Source: an uncultured virus (IMG/VR IMGVR_UViG_3300025133_000082) (lineage: Duplodnaviria; Heunggongvirae; Uroviricota; Caudoviricetes). Taken from it: 64,000 nucleotides of DNA. The stretch lies in the IMG/VR virus record IMGVR_UViG_3300025133_000082. One strand, given 5' to 3'. Under the pieces are notes generated by a model. That model saw nothing but the letters and a program-made list of their open reading frames with translations, was not told the DNA's origin and did no database searches. Position numbers and translations under genes: made by a program. Position 1 is the first letter of the stretch; each line of letters starts with the position of its first letter. Of this stretch, positions 37,601 to 48,550 are shown in pieces.

Positions 37601-39226
37601 CCCACTTGTCTTAAAGTAGAATCCATATTTCGAGTCCTGAATAGTGAGATTTTCTACATGGATACCCCCACTTTTGTTCTCTAGTTTCAAGCCATCGGAC
37701 GTAATTCCTGAGTTAGATGTCCCCCGTAGACGAACGCTGTCTCTGTTTGCTCCAATGAACGACAATTTGCCCGTCCAAGCGGTATCGTCATCCAACCCAT
37801 CGGTATAGTAGTCACCAGAATTAAAGAAGAACGTAGTGTTCGCGGTGGGATTCGCGATGACATCCGCGAGGGCGCGATTCCACGCACCTGCAAAAGTCTT
37901 AAAAGGCTCTGCTTGTGAACCTGATTCGTTCCCACTCCACGATGAATCTAAGTAGATTACATTCCCTTCGAGTTTGGGTGAGACGATTACGGTGTTATCG
38001 ACTTCTTCCCAGTCCTCTTGAGTGCCTCTGTCGAACAGATCCCCTGCGCGGAGTGATGCGTCATGACCCGTCATTGTCTGATAAAACGAGAGCCACTTGG
38101 AGAGAGAAACCTCTGATAACTCGTTAGTGGTAGCATGAGTGTTGATCTCGGCCTTCAACTGAGGAAGAGTGAGAACACTGCCTTGTCGCTCATTGAGATC
38201 TCGGATAATTCTAGGAATAGTGGCCTTGTTTCTCTTCCTGAACTTGGCTTTACCGCCCTCGATAGAGATCTTGTGATCGTCACCTACCCATAAAGAGTTA
38301 TCAGAGATGAAAGCATCACGTATCTTGTACTCGGCAGATCCGATGTCGTATGTATCATTAGTAGTTGGGATGATATGACCGCCAAGAGCTATCGAAGATA
38401 GATTTGAAGTGCCTGAAACAAACAGGTCACCAACGCGGTTCGCGGAAGACCCTATGTTGGGCAACAGAGAAGCAGAATCGGGAATAAAATCCCCTAAGCC
38501 CGAATCCTCTGTCCAATTTTGGAAGCCAACTCCATCAGCACCCGCAGGGCCAGTTGCTCCTACTGCGCCATCAGCACCCGCAGGCCCCGTTGCTCCTACT
38601 GCTCCTACTGCTCCGTCAGCACCCGCAGGGCCAGTTGAGCCTGCATTTCCTTGGATGCCCTGAATACCCTGAATACCCTGAATACCATCTGAGCCATCAG
38701 CACCAGTTGGCCCCTGTATTGAGCCTCCATCGACAAAACTAGAGCCATCCCATATGTGAAGTGAGTCATCTTCTTGAACGAGGTACGCATCGCCTACAGA
38801 ATTACCCGATATAGGGAGATTCCCCTCAGTAGTAATATCGCCCTTAAAGGTGATTCCCGACCCAGTAGCACCTTGTGGCCCTGTTGGCCCCGCGACACCC
38901 TGTGGCCCATCAACGCCTTGTGCGCCTTGTGCGCCTTGTGCGCCTTGTGCGCCTTGTGGCCCTGTTGGGCCTGTTGGGCCTGTGGGGCCAGGATTTGAAT
39001 CTACATAACTCTTAGTAGCCTCCTGAGAGGGAGGAACCGTAGTGCTAGGAGAGGTCATCCCCACGAGGGGTGTATTGTCTGCAGGCGTTACGGAAGCACC
39101 GTTAATCGTTAAGGAGCCATCCAGATCCACATCTTTTGCATACAGAGCCTTGTAACGCTTTGTTGTGGAGCCTAAGTCATGAGTTTTATCGTCTTTAGTT
39201 CTAATACTAGGCATATTAACCTCCAA
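34634..39226 (-). CDS. long tail fibre with collagen-like repeats and a parallel beta-helix domain
   Basis: Five Gly-X-Y blocks; PFKTF..A then beta-helix repeats (I.NN.V, I.GN.I, V.NN.I, V.GN.I); C-terminal TITLP...KYNIK...TIDG module. Confidence 0.88.
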   Translation of the reverse strand: MEVNMPSIRTKDDKTHDLGSTTKRYKALYAKDVDLDGSLTINGASVTPADNTPLVGMTSPSTTVPPSQEATKSYVDSNPGPTGPTGPTGPQGAQGAQGAQGAQGVDGPQGVAGPTGPQGATGSGITFKGDITTEGNLPISGNSVGDAYLVQEDDSLHIWDGSSFVDGGSIQGPTGADGSDGIQGIQGIQGIQGNAGSTGPAGADGAVGAVGATGPAGADGAVGATGPAGADGVGFQNWTEDSGLGDFIPDSASLLPNIGSSANRVGDLFVSGTSNLSSIALGGHIIPTTNDTYDIGSAEYKIRDAFISDNSLWVGDDHKISIEGGKAKFRKRNKATIPRIIRDLNERQGSVLTLPQLKAEINTHATTNELSEVSLSKWLSFYQTMTGHDASLRAGDLFDRGTQEDWEEVDNTVIVSPKLEGNVIYLDSSWSGNESGSQAEPFKTFAGAWNRALADVIANPTANTTFFFNSGDYYTDGLDDDTAWTGKLSFIGANRDSVRLRGTSNSGITSDGLKLENKSGGIHVENLTIQDSKYGFYFKTSGSVKCLNVHFTKCGSKGILDHHINNGKTQAECNAIYAGTDTSNGGACRIEGCGPLEIRECIVSYCLRGLRVQDCTNGVIANNEVHHVLDNGIYLASGSYDGEEGCTGFVIEGNFIVEAGQHGIVSIGGCDNRVLNNRIQDTWGSGIMGWHVSDFTVKGNTIINTAFSEFTSWGGNADAYGQIYIAGATNIRSEATFSHFIIDNTSTSANQGRADNVYGIYVTVDSDFPENAKTYINKGNVFDATVAYTRLGTNNLTELIMPASGQGPTGDQGVQGEIGPQGNQGTQGPQGPQGAIGPQGAIGPTGPTGNTGGTGPTGPDGPQGAQGPQGDQGTQGVSGDAGAQGVQGIQGVAGTGINFKGTKPTTNDLEAGGTIGDAWLVELDDSLHIHDGTTTSGIHGFVSGGSIQGPQGSQGPVGPQGVQGPQGAIGPDGAVGPAGPTGPQGGDGTDGAQGPQGIQGLVGPAGTDGAGITFEGEIGTDSVFSGSPPFSVIGGGTFTPQLGSAVISQFSGVDENVFLMYDGTSPYNQSGWISGGSLEGPAGSTGPTGSTGPTGPTGPAGPTGPTGPTGSEGAPAEHLTVDYATFGTVTANAITDTTISIAHQSQSTSTDDVWWQRNVGFLGIGSGTSLSQGDTILFGGGIYLSSTLQPQACGLYEVTSALTVYGVTSVVFTRLSSFDSDAEIKNGTRVYVENDVWSGYECVVTRPASFTLGTTAITVTPVKSDIGAWNVVTVDNTATGYFPKAGDIVFIPSTWSAGTLTISMPEDPKLGHRIKIMRGGGTGTVQIGLGNNQDQSYIFDGLTQGGSSAEKIFLQTLSTLELTCVQNEQNTVSSSHKEVWYCDFGLNQPLPLDLTKSATATEFDLNITDGRILQWNSTGGTTGYGAFEDVAIPNSSELNSSLTGTTALSAPSGAPIYEEIYLINAGSASTITLPDPASASGFKYNIKSVGAGAVTIDTASGTIDGASSFVLSTQYDSVTVVCDGSNYFVI

Positions 39227-39638
39227 AAATCATTTCTGTGTTACCAACAGACCAAGAGAAGCTCTCTTCTGGGAAACCCGTTGGGAGTGAGTGGAATATA
39301 ATATCCCCTGTCAAGGCTTGAAGCGATGTTCCGCCTGTATGGCCTGTGATTATGTCCGTAGCGACATAATCATCACCCTCAAGAGGAAAAAGTGTCGAAG
39401 CGGGTATCGTAACACTTAGATCTTGATCGTCTACATACTTCTTAGTGGCTACATGCGTATCCAGTGAGGGATCAGGAACATGGAAAGCTGAAACCGAAGA
39501 GAAGTCGAAAGTGCCTGTCATATCAAGTTTACCAACAGGAATTGAACCCGCTAACTTGTCTGCGGTCACTGCACCGTCTGCAATCTTTGCTTCTACGATT
39601 GCGGAATCCGCTAATTGTTTACCTTTAATTAAGGCCAT
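39216..39638 (-). CDS. tail fibre-associated protein
   Basis: LIKGKQL, KIADGAVTADKL and ATKKYVD fibre motifs. Confidence 0.7.
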   Translation of the reverse strand: MALIKGKQLADSAIVEAKIADGAVTADKLAGSIPVGKLDMTGTFDFSSVSAFHVPDPSLDTHVATKKYVDDQDLSVTIPASTLFPLEGDDYVATDIITGHTGGTSLQALTGDIIFHSLPTGFPEESFSWSVGNTEMIFGG

Positions 39639-39674
39639 TTTCTTTCTCCTTAAATCTGCACATAATGATAGCAG

Positions 39675-40451
39675 TTAAACTCTAAACCACCCAATATTTA
39701 CATTGGCGTATCTTAAAAAAATCGTTTCTTTGTCGGCTAATATAACATCAGAACTCACTCCATCGATGTTGTGCGCTCCATGCTTTATGGTCACATTCTC
39801 CCCCCCGAAGCGAGAGATTACAACGACATCACCCAGTGAAGGGGTAATAGGTAAGGAAGCTAAGAGCGCATTTGCAGAGGTATCGAGGATATATGCTCTC
39901 TGCACCTCTGTGTCCACATTAGCCGTTAAGAGACTCGTGGGGAGGTTTGGTTGTGCCGTAGATGCGATGGTCACACCTGTGCCGTTTGATGTGATAGAGA
40001 TGTCCGTACCACCCGTAAGTTTCTTGTTCACAAACTTACTGTCATTGCGGATTAATAGATCTCCTGCTGTCGCCCCCTCAATCGTAACATCCGTAAGATG
40101 CGTAAGAGAGGTAACGTCACCGCCCATAGGGACAGAACCATACGCGCTCTTAGGAGAATACCATACCGCCAAGATCTCTTCTGGTTCCAAGACCACAGGA
40201 CTTATCCATGTGATCGTCTTTCCGTCTAGACTATAATCAACACCATACTCAGCTACGACAGAATTATAGTGTATCTGTAAGACGTAATCTCCGTCTCTAT
40301 CCGTTGTCGGCTCACTAGGGATAACAAACGTATTAGAGATAGGATCAGGTACAGTAAACGTAACCTTCTCCCATGTAGCCTCTACAGGTATTGAGATCGG
40401 GTTCTCGTAAACCTCAACATTCGTAATGTTTGGATATACATCTACTCTCAT
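39675..40451 (-). CDS. tail fibre-associated protein
   Basis: GVDYSL, LTHLTDVTI...GDLL, YILDTS..LP..P..GD motifs. Confidence 0.7.
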   Translation of the reverse strand: MRVDVYPNITNVEVYENPISIPVEATWEKVTFTVPDPISNTFVIPSEPTTDRDGDYVLQIHYNSVVAEYGVDYSLDGKTITWISPVVLEPEEILAVWYSPKSAYGSVPMGGDVTSLTHLTDVTIEGATAGDLLIRNDSKFVNKKLTGGTDISITSNGTGVTIASTAQPNLPTSLLTANVDTEVQRAYILDTSANALLASLPITPSLGDVVVISRFGGENVTIKHGAHNIDGVSSDVILADKETIFLRYANVNIGWFRV

Positions 40452-40822
40452 CGTGTTACCTCGCCTTCAATTCTACATCGACCTTTGATCAGTTTTGTGA
40501 CGACATTCTCAGCAGATTTTACTTCTAAGTCGTATACCGCCACCGATGGAGGGAGTAGTGCAGTTTGCTCATAACCTATGGTTAGATTAATCGCGCCCTG
40601 TGTTTCATATATTTGAATCTGATCTGAGTCAGAACTATCTAATTCTAAGAGAACGACACTCGAACCCGTTGAAGATCTAATCTGCATCTTCGCAGAGTAA
40701 CCTGCCATATTTATTGGATTATTCGCGCTGTTCAACCAGTACAAAGCCAATTTATATGTGCTTCCCTGCTCAACAGTTATATTGTAAATTCCTGAAATCA
40801 TTCTTGAATCCCTTCTATACAA
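40448..40822 (-). CDS. virion structural protein (BppU-N-like Ig fold)
   Basis: YNITVEQGST...PINMAGYSAKMQIR...VYDLEV...G. Confidence 0.7.
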   Translation of the reverse strand: MYRRDSRMISGIYNITVEQGSTYKLALYWLNSANNPINMAGYSAKMQIRSSTGSSVVLLELDSSDSDQIQIYETQGAINLTIGYEQTALLPPSVAVYDLEVKSAENVVTKLIKGRCRIEGEVTR

Positions 40823-41067
40823 AGATCTAACGCTATAAGAAGTTCTTCTTCTTGGGACATTCTCAAGAGCATCCAGTCCTTAGAGACAGTAAAACTACCA
40901 TCTTCGTTCTCGGTTATATCTGACTTTTCAACAACTATTACCACTTCACTAGGCTCTTTTTCTTTTTCGAGAAGAGCGCAGAGCGGAGCGCAACCGCTTA
41001 TCGTGACGAGTCCAAGAGATAGACACAAGCTCCGCAGAATCTGCGGTGTTAAGTTTTTTAATCTCAT
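40798..41067 (-). CDS. putative outer-membrane lipoprotein spanin (Rz1-like)
   Basis: GAGGA SD; signal peptide with lipobox ISG-C; overlaps the upstream TM gene in another frame. Confidence 0.6.
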   Translation of the reverse strand: MRLKNLTPQILRSLCLSLGLVTISGCAPLCALLEKEKEPSEVVIVVEKSDITENEDGSFTVSKDWMLLRMSQEEELLIALDLCIEGIQE

Positions 41068-41170
41068 TATAAACCTTCCTCTTAGGTGGTTCATCAGTGA
41101 TTTTATCACAAAAGTGGTCTAAAAGCAGAGGGACTATCATTGATAAGATCCCGATGATTGCTTCAATCAT
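40949..41170 (-). CDS. putative inner-membrane spanin (Rz-like)
   Basis: N-terminal TM and basic C-terminus; between the holin-like gene and the lipoprotein. Confidence 0.55.
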   Translation of the reverse strand: MIEAIIGILSMIVPLLLDHFCDKITDEPPKRKVYNEIKKLNTADSAELVSISWTRHDKRLRSALRSSRKRKRA

Positions 41171-41535
41171 ACATCTAACTTCTTCTCTCCTGTCGCCCCA
41201 ACAGATTTTAATTGGCCCAATTCCTCGTCAATCATTCTGACAAGATCATTCTTTTTTAGTTTGGGATACATCACCGCCAAGTTATCTAGAACCCACTCAC
41301 CTTTAGAGGCTCCAGAGACAGGGTTCTGCTCAACCTTAGCCTTACGAGAGGCCCATTCTTCGGCTCCCGCGATAGCCATACGGATACCCTGTCGAACCAT
41401 ACCCATCTTATCTTCTTCGAGTTTTATCCCCAACCTCTTCGTAAGAAGCATCGCCCCATAGGAAGCAATCGCTGTCAGAAGCGCACCGAAGACAGGGATT
41501 AATTGTTCCGCAATTTGTTGGAATATACTTTCCAT
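41167..41535 (-). CDS. putative holin (LL-H-like)
   Basis: One N-terminal TM, then AI..AEE...G..K.....L.......IDEE pattern. Confidence 0.6.
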   Translation of the reverse strand: MESIFQQIAEQLIPVFGALLTAIASYGAMLLTKRLGIKLEEDKMGMVRQGIRMAIAGAEEWASRKAKVEQNPVSGASKGEWVLDNLAVMYPKLKKNDLVRMIDEELGQLKSVGATGEKKLDV

Positions 41536-41544
41536 GATGATCTC

Positions 41545-44500
41545 CTAGTTCTTTGTACTTAAAATGGAGTGAGTTTTAATCGGTGCAGAATCAATCTCTA
41601 CACCATAATGACGCTCGTTGACCGCATCTGAAGAATGACGCTCACTAGGACGATTGACCTCTAATGTCGCTGAGATATGACACCCCGCCACAGAAGGAAC
41701 GTGTTCGATATTAACAACATCATTAGTATCATGTAGTTTTGCGCCATAATGACCTGTATAGAGAACGAAGACTAACTCATGATCACCCGCCATCGTTAAT
41801 TCGTTAGCAGTGGGAATCATATCTAAGAGATTCAACGAGGTTCCGTTGATGTCAGAGGACAACGCTAATCCGTTAGTCGCGGAATTAGTGTGCGCTCTAT
41901 TTAACTCGTTGATCAGGTCGATCTCCATACCAGAATTTCTTGGATGTTCTGTGTCCTTAAAGAGAGCTTCTGTGACTACACTGTCTTGTGCATGATTAAA
42001 CGTATAGTCGAATGGATCTACCGCGTAAGTATCACCCATTGAACTCGTCTTTACAGTCGCAACAGAGTAATTGTAAGCCTTATTACGACTACTGGTAAGA
42101 TGTGCGGTTTTTTCGTTCGTACCCCCTGTCGAGTCAGAAATCATCCCATAAAGGTGGCTGACCTTATCGTAATTAGGATGTCCTACGGAAGCGGAAGCAG
42201 GGTGCATAGAACCGAGATGGAGAAACGGCTTCTTATTAGGGTCTGTAGGCCCACTGGTGAACGCTTTATCGACAATAGAAGTCCCTGTCCTATCATGAAC
42301 CAAAAAGATCTCTGTGAGCGATTTAGGCATTGGCGAGACTTCTGAATAGTTTGTTGGTCTAGAGTGAAGAACCCTGAGAGAACAATTCCAAAGAAGTTTA
42401 TGCTGTAGTCCCATGTCATTGATCGCAGTAAACACTCCCATGATAGGTGACTCAAACTGAGCCAAGTCCATCTGGTAACGCGCATATTGGAATGGATCTC
42501 TAAAGACATCCCCATCAGTATCGTGACTATTGTGAACGAGAACACCTGTTTTGTGGATAGCTCCAATACCAAGATTAAAGGGAGACAGGAACCCTGATCG
42601 GTTACCGTTCCCACCTAGAGCAGTACCCATATCACCAACAAACAGAGTATCCGTTGGGTTATCAGGCCCAATCGCAGGTGGAGTGTTATAACCAATCCCC
42701 TGAATTTGACCTCCACTAGTATAGTCTCCTGCTAGAGCGAAGGGCATTGAATAGTCATAGTCTGCTGAAAGATTAGCGTCATCAAGTCCTGTAGCAAACG
42801 AAGTTCTCACAAGATCAACGATACCCGCGACAGTCCTCGTTCTAATCGCAGAACGCATCACAGGCACACTCCACGCATCAAAACCTGCCTGTAGTCCTGT
42901 TGGGAGGTTTGACGCATCACCATACGCTTCACCTTCCCAATAAACACTCTTGTCGTCATAAGGAAAACTATCGTCTTCAATTTGAGCAACATCGTTCCAA
43001 TACGCATGAGAATAATTCTCTATAAACGTATGGAACCCGACATGAGGTTCTGGGGTAGCATCCGTATCTTGCGCTTGTTGAGCGAACATTCTTGAAGCAG
43101 GTAAGAAAACAGGCCCAACTTCTTTATTAAGATCATTCAATGTAGGGATAGAGGGAAATGATAGATCCATTAAAGGGTCATTAATTAATGTCCCATTGTC
43201 CATTGTATATTGACGATTATTACTGTTTGCCCCACCCGTCATATGTCTATGTGTAGAATGAATTGGGTATGGGAACAATGTAGTATTTATAGTCGTAGAA
43301 TCAGTCTGTACATCAACTTGTCCACCAATCCCATCCCAAGTGGATGAAGTATCAGTGTGACTTGCGGGACTCCCTGTATATTCTGCAAGAGTATGATCGT
43401 TTACTCCATCATTATAAGTGTAAGCAGACCCTGTGCTTGGCACGAGTGCAGGAATTATCAAAGATCGTCTACCCCATTTAGGGTAAAGCGTTACCCTGAA
43501 ATTGTTATTATTCCCATCCTGTGTCGGGTATAGTATTGCAGTATTAGGGGAACTCGGTGCAGGAGCTTGGATATGGTTCTGTGCGGGGTGATACCAATGC
43601 ACGAACGGCTGATGCTCATGTCCAAACGGCAGGTCAAGATCATCTACCGCCCCGATAGCCAATACGGTCGTGTCAACCCCACTATCAGTACGAGTCTCGG
43701 TATGACTCGGACTTGTACTCTGTACCAATGGTTGATTATTACCGTTTATCAACTTCTGAGTGTCACCAAGACCATGTGCGACCTTCAGTAGAGCCTCAAT
43801 ACCCTCCGCCATAACAAAGGAGTTCTCAAGGATACTGTGTTGATGCTTCGGCATCGTCATCCAATGAGTCAAAGAGAGGGGTTCAATCCGCACAAAAAGA
43901 TTAAGATTGTCCACTAAGAGGTTCCGAGGATAACCTCTGGAGTCGACCTCCGCAGGATAGAAGTCACCAATGTGATAGCGTAACTTCATAGACGTACATC
44001 GATTAGTCCATGTGTCTAAAGCCATATCAGATAAAAGGTTAGCCGAAGATGTTGTATTATTGACATTAAAACGATTCCAAGGCCCATACTCTTTATCAAC
44101 ATCCTGATCCTCAGTATATAGAGACATTACGCCCCCATCATGCTGATATTGTTTCATTAACTCTTTAGGGTCAAATAGTGAAACGTCTTTAGGGATGAAT
44201 TTCCTATAATCTTCTCCTGCACTTATCGCTGTATCCTCAACGGTAAGATACGAGTACGAGTCAAGAAACACATTTGACCTATCAGCTTGTGCAGAGTTCT
44301 GAAGATAAGGAATCCTGAAAGAATTACTTGATGCTTGTAAGAGTGAAGAACCATGAAGAAACATGGTTACGGCTTCAGTCGCTGAAGTAACACGAGTTTC
44401 ACTAATCGTAAATAAATCTGCACTGTTATGTGCTGTAGTCTTTATCGCCAATTTTCTGAAGTTAATACCGTTCAAGAAAGCCACAGCTTGTGCTGGGCCT

Positions 44501-46518
44501 TCATCCCACGCCCTCACAGAAACGTCCGTTGTGTTGTTATTGTTCAGACCCGATGCTTCTTTCTTATAGAAACTCCAACCGAGATCCTCATCGTTTACCC
44601 CAACCGTATGTGATGCTCTCGCGCCTTTTTCTCGGATAAGGTAACTAGACGTACCAGACACAAACCCTGTCTCTTCTGTAGTAGTCGCTAGAGGGTTCAA
44701 TGGGACAACGCTTCCTGCGCCATAACCCGCTTGTGCGAAGCCTGTAGTCGTACCCGCTAATTGATAGTTTACTGCGCTCGGAATACGAGCATCCGCGCCC
44801 GTCTTCCCAAGCGCACTACCAAGACCACTCATACCCAACAAAACTTGATCTAGGAAAGAGAGGTGAGAGGCGACACTACCAAAAACGAGTGGTGCTGTGT
44901 CACCATATAAAAGACCTCCCTTAACCCCAAAGAGAGTTCTACTCTGAAGGTTATCTGCGCTTAGATCCGCCTGTGTATGGAACACCCTCGGTGGAGCTAA
45001 GAAAGAACCCTCTTGTTGTGTAGCGTCAGAGCGACCCGCATCTTCAAAAGGCCAACCAAAGTTCACTCTCGCATGGACAATAGGAGCGACTTGATTGTCT
45101 GTGATATGTCCAAGATAGAAGTAAGGAGATAAAGTCTCGTTTGGCGCATTCGCTTCACTCTTACTCTCAGAGTAATGGATGTTTAGTAACTGTACATCAT
45201 TAGTACCGTCATTCGCGTCTAACGCCTCCAACATAACCGCTTTAAGGAAGGCCCATGACATTCTATCAATCTGCGCTTCTTGTGCAGTAAAGAAGTGCAT
45301 AGGAGAGATACTCATATTTGAGAATGGAGAGTTCTGCTGATCCATATCAGAGTATGGAGAAGCATTATTACTGTAGTAAGACTTCCAGAACTGAGATTGA
45401 GTATTGATCTTAGAGGTCATATCCACAGAATCAAACATCGTCTGATTGTCTAGTTTTCTCTCTTGATTGAGGTAACTCATGATGTGATAAGGCTTTAAAC
45501 TTGTATTGTTTCCCTCGCCATCAACAGAACCTCTGTATTTACAAACCCTTACGCACCATCTTAATTGTGTCCTGTGTGTCGTCTCAAACCCAAGTGCAGA
45601 AGATTGAATAGAGGTGTCCTCTTCTGAGGAGATGTCTTCATCAAACACCTGAACATACATCAATAATTGTGGAAGACCTGTGGTTAATCCCGCGACCTTT
45701 GAAGCGTCTTGAGTTTGTGTCGCATCATATAAATCCCTGTACTCTTTAAGAGTATTAGAGGGGATTATTACATACTCATCTCCAATCGCAGGGATTGCAG
45801 AGAAGGCTACGCCCACAGTTAATGTAGACCCAGAAACTCCTGTTAATACCTGCTCTTCTCCTGAGAGCGCACCACTCGTAAACCTTACTCGACAACCGCC
45901 TTCAGTGATGTTGGCAATAAAATCTTTCGTAGTATCTGTGATCGCATCATCCGCTTGTGAAGCAACAGAAGCACTATCAGGACTTACCACAATCGAACGA
46001 TTAATACCTAAAAGTCTCTTCTTATCATTCGTCCCAAAATTCTTATTTTCATCTAAAAACACAAGAGTAGAAGTAGGGTCTGTAATTGTTCCCTTATACA
46101 TATAATTCGAGAAGACTCGATCATTTGCAGAAGTGACGGTTAAGTCTTGAATCTTCCCGTAATCGAATATGATGGATTTATCTAAGGAGTCTACGTCCTT
46201 TAATGACGCAGTATCAATCACACCCTTAAAGGTATCTAATCTACCTAAAGACAAAGCGAAATTATCTTGGTTCCTATTCGAGACTACACTCGTGGACTCC
46301 ACCGACATGACCGCCCAGTCTTTAAAATCTAATTGTGGTGGCCCATATCCCATCTTCTCAATGAGTGTCGAAGTGGTTTGTGCAGATAAAGCTGAAGACG
46401 CATCATTAAGATCAACGTCTAAGATAGGTTTACCCTGCTGAAAAACTACATTCTTATAACCCTTAGTCTTATCAAAGGAATGATTCGGATTACTTAGATT
46501 AGGTGATGATGAGGGCAT
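41545..46518 (-). CDS. large baseplate-attached fibre/structural protein (DUF6519-like N-terminus)
   Basis: FD..KGY..VVFQQGKPILDVDLND and ETTHRTQLRW motifs as in DUF6519 proteins of contractile systems. Confidence 0.7.
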   Translation of the reverse strand: MPSSSPNLSNPNHSFDKTKGYKNVVFQQGKPILDVDLNDASSALSAQTTSTLIEKMGYGPPQLDFKDWAVMSVESTSVVSNRNQDNFALSLGRLDTFKGVIDTASLKDVDSLDKSIIFDYGKIQDLTVTSANDRVFSNYMYKGTITDPTSTLVFLDENKNFGTNDKKRLLGINRSIVVSPDSASVASQADDAITDTTKDFIANITEGGCRVRFTSGALSGEEQVLTGVSGSTLTVGVAFSAIPAIGDEYVIIPSNTLKEYRDLYDATQTQDASKVAGLTTGLPQLLMYVQVFDEDISSEEDTSIQSSALGFETTHRTQLRWCVRVCKYRGSVDGEGNNTSLKPYHIMSYLNQERKLDNQTMFDSVDMTSKINTQSQFWKSYYSNNASPYSDMDQQNSPFSNMSISPMHFFTAQEAQIDRMSWAFLKAVMLEALDANDGTNDVQLLNIHYSESKSEANAPNETLSPYFYLGHITDNQVAPIVHARVNFGWPFEDAGRSDATQQEGSFLAPPRVFHTQADLSADNLQSRTLFGVKGGLLYGDTAPLVFGSVASHLSFLDQVLLGMSGLGSALGKTGADARIPSAVNYQLAGTTTGFAQAGYGAGSVVPLNPLATTTEETGFVSGTSSYLIREKGARASHTVGVNDEDLGWSFYKKEASGLNNNNTTDVSVRAWDEGPAQAVAFLNGINFRKLAIKTTAHNSADLFTISETRVTSATEAVTMFLHGSSLLQASSNSFRIPYLQNSAQADRSNVFLDSYSYLTVEDTAISAGEDYRKFIPKDVSLFDPKELMKQYQHDGGVMSLYTEDQDVDKEYGPWNRFNVNNTTSSANLLSDMALDTWTNRCTSMKLRYHIGDFYPAEVDSRGYPRNLLVDNLNLFVRIEPLSLTHWMTMPKHQHSILENSFVMAEGIEALLKVAHGLGDTQKLINGNNQPLVQSTSPSHTETRTDSGVDTTVLAIGAVDDLDLPFGHEHQPFVHWYHPAQNHIQAPAPSSPNTAILYPTQDGNNNNFRVTLYPKWGRRSLIIPALVPSTGSAYTYNDGVNDHTLAEYTGSPASHTDTSSTWDGIGGQVDVQTDSTTINTTLFPYPIHSTHRHMTGGANSNNRQYTMDNGTLINDPLMDLSFPSIPTLNDLNKEVGPVFLPASRMFAQQAQDTDATPEPHVGFHTFIENYSHAYWNDVAQIEDDSFPYDDKSVYWEGEAYGDASNLPTGLQAGFDAWSVPVMRSAIRTRTVAGIVDLVRTSFATGLDDANLSADYDYSMPFALAGDYTSGGQIQGIGYNTPPAIGPDNPTDTLFVGDMGTALGGNGNRSGFLSPFNLGIGAIHKTGVLVHNSHDTDGDVFRDPFQYARYQMDLAQFESPIMGVFTAINDMGLQHKLLWNCSLRVLHSRPTNYSEVSPMPKSLTEIFLVHDRTGTSIVDKAFTSGPTDPNKKPFLHLGSMHPASASVGHPNYDKVSHLYGMISDSTGGTNEKTAHLTSSRNKAYNYSVATVKTSSMGDTYAVDPFDYTFNHAQDSVVTEALFKDTEHPRNSGMEIDLINELNRAHTNSATNGLALSSDINGTSLNLLDMIPTANELTMAGDHELVFVLYTGHYGAKLHDTNDVVNIEHVPSVAGCHISATLEVNRPSERHSSDAVNERHYGVEIDSAPIKTHSILSTKN

Positions 46519-46520
46519 AA

Positions 46521-47090
46521 TTAACTCCTATTTATTGAGAACTGAATGTCGACTTCTCGGTCGATCACTAGCGTATTGTCTTTTTGAATGAGCGGATGGG
46601 TGATCCAATTAAACATCGTCCCTGTATCCGCGTTTGCAGTAGTCTCTCCCCCAAATAACCCAAACTCCCTAAGATCCCCGTTTGCGTCATTCGCGCCCAG
46701 AGTGATCTCCATCTTAAATCTAGGTGAGATCGATTGTGGATTCAACACCACTCCCCCGTTATCAAGGAAAGTAAAGTTATCCGCAGTAATCGCGATCCGA
46801 GCAATCTCAGAGGTCAACGTAGTTTGTGTTACAGGCTTATTTACATTATTCGGATCTGCATCCCATGCGACATCCCCCGACCCAAATGCGATATAATTTA
46901 TTGCGCCAAAATTGATGAAAAGACCATTTGTATTGGTCGATGCGTCAATCAGTTGTGCCGTAATTAGATTAAGAGCAGAATCTTGAATTTGATTCTTTCT
47001 CCAAGGAGAGACAATCGTCTTATCGAACCCATTAATCGTCTTATATCTAAACGTGTCTCTATATCTACCGATAGCTTCTACAAGAATCAT
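46521..47090 (-). CDS. tail collar/fibre-attachment protein
   Basis: YIAFGSG...TQTTL.SEI.R...ANGDLREFGLF...I.K. Confidence 0.75.
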   Translation of the reverse strand: MILVEAIGRYRDTFRYKTINGFDKTIVSPWRKNQIQDSALNLITAQLIDASTNTNGLFINFGAINYIAFGSGDVAWDADPNNVNKPVTQTTLTSEIARIAITADNFTFLDNGGVVLNPQSISPRFKMEITLGANDANGDLREFGLFGGETTANADTGTMFNWITHPLIQKDNTLVIDREVDIQFSINRS

Positions 47091-47098
47091 TTTTACCT

Positions 47099-48550
47099 CT
47101 ATGCGAATGCTGTATGGAAAGTTCTACCCGCAGGAGAACTAAGACCCGAAGACCAAGTTACATTTACAGGATCTTGATTAGGGTCAATATGGGGGTAAGT
47201 ATACAATAAAGGAATGTTACTTGTGTCAGAAAGTGATTCCAAGATGTCAAGACTCCCTAAATCATCAGAAGCTCTAAGCGGTGAATCCGCATAATCATCG
47301 CTGATATTTAATACAAGACTCTCTGTAAAGTTCTCAAGAGCCTGCAAAGAGAAATCCGCGTAGTGTATGCCCAAATAGGGCAGTAGCCTATGGATCTTCT
47401 CAATCGCTAGATTATTTAGAAGAGGCTGACCAGATCCAAGAGGGGTAGTAAGAAGAATCAGAACACCAAATAATGAACGCCAATCCTCGCCTGTTAAGGA
47501 CATCATCACTCTATAATTGTCCGTAGGTAATCCTTCGATCCGTACCGAGTTAGGATCACTCAAATCTACGGTTCCATTAAACGGAACAGAATTAACAATA
47601 TCTGCCCAGACACCATCAGTAGCCTCTACCCAACCCGCAGGTGGGTTCCCTGCTTGTATAGCGTCCTCTTCTGTCGCAGTGTAAAGGATATAATTGAACC
47701 CAAGATAAATCTCTACGTCCCAACCTGTGAGGGTCTGAAGAGATAACTCAAAAGCATCATTCGTACCCTTACTGCGCCATATATCAATGGCGTTCGATGT
47801 CTCTTTTCTCCTCCTCACCTCTCTTAACTCAAAGTTTGTAGGCCACCCTAACAGGTGGTCAATGTAAGGGATAAAGGAAGCATCAACAGATTCTACTTTA
47901 TAACTCTCATCTTGAAACTTCTTAGTCCTTTGGTTCACCTCATCAAGAGACTTTCCGAAAGTCTGCAATAAGTTAAATAGTGCGTCCCCATTACGAGCAT
48001 CTAAAATCTTAACGCCTCTAGGCATATAATCAAAGAGAGATACCCCCATAGAAGACTCACCAGAGTCAAGACCGAAGGTGCGGTCATGTGATGCGAGTGG
48101 TGAGAAACACCATAACGTATTATTGTTTACATCTGTACCCTCATAAAACACCGTATAATACCACGTTTGATGTTGGTTACTCGTCAGGTGGTCGAGGTGT
48201 AGAAAGTATGTATCTCTCTCGACTAAACCTAGATTTGCAGAGAGATCTTCATCAACGACTAAGACTGCCGTTGTGTCTTGATAGTCTCTTGGAAACTCTT
48301 TGGTTTTTCTGAGAACCTTAATCTTGCCCGTTAAGGTAAACCCGTTCTCATCTTTAGGGAGCGTATAATAAACCCTTATATGGTCACCTGTGACGATCTC
48401 AGTAGGAAACAGATCATCAGGAACAGTACCCACAACGAGATTACTCGGCTCTACCTTAAAGTGTTTCTTATACCCTAAACGAGTAAAGGGTTTAACTCCC
48501 GCGCCAATTTCTCTTACAAAAGAGAACTGCCACGACTCATGGGTAGACAT
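47099..48550 (-). CDS. baseplate wedge protein (P2 gpI-like)
   Basis: FIPYIDHLLGW...RRKE...AIDIWRSKGT...L..LTGW. Confidence 0.8.
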   Translation of the reverse strand: MSTHESWQFSFVREIGAGVKPFTRLGYKKHFKVEPSNLVVGTVPDDLFPTEIVTGDHIRVYYTLPKDENGFTLTGKIKVLRKTKEFPRDYQDTTAVLVVDEDLSANLGLVERDTYFLHLDHLTSNQHQTWYYTVFYEGTDVNNNTLWCFSPLASHDRTFGLDSGESSMGVSLFDYMPRGVKILDARNGDALFNLLQTFGKSLDEVNQRTKKFQDESYKVESVDASFIPYIDHLLGWPTNFELREVRRRKETSNAIDIWRSKGTNDAFELSLQTLTGWDVEIYLGFNYILYTATEEDAIQAGNPPAGWVEATDGVWADIVNSVPFNGTVDLSDPNSVRIEGLPTDNYRVMMSLTGEDWRSLFGVLILLTTPLGSGQPLLNNLAIEKIHRLLPYLGIHYADFSLQALENFTESLVLNISDDYADSPLRASDDLGSLDILESLSDTSNIPLLYTYPHIDPNQDPVNVTWSSGLSSPAGRTFHTAFA

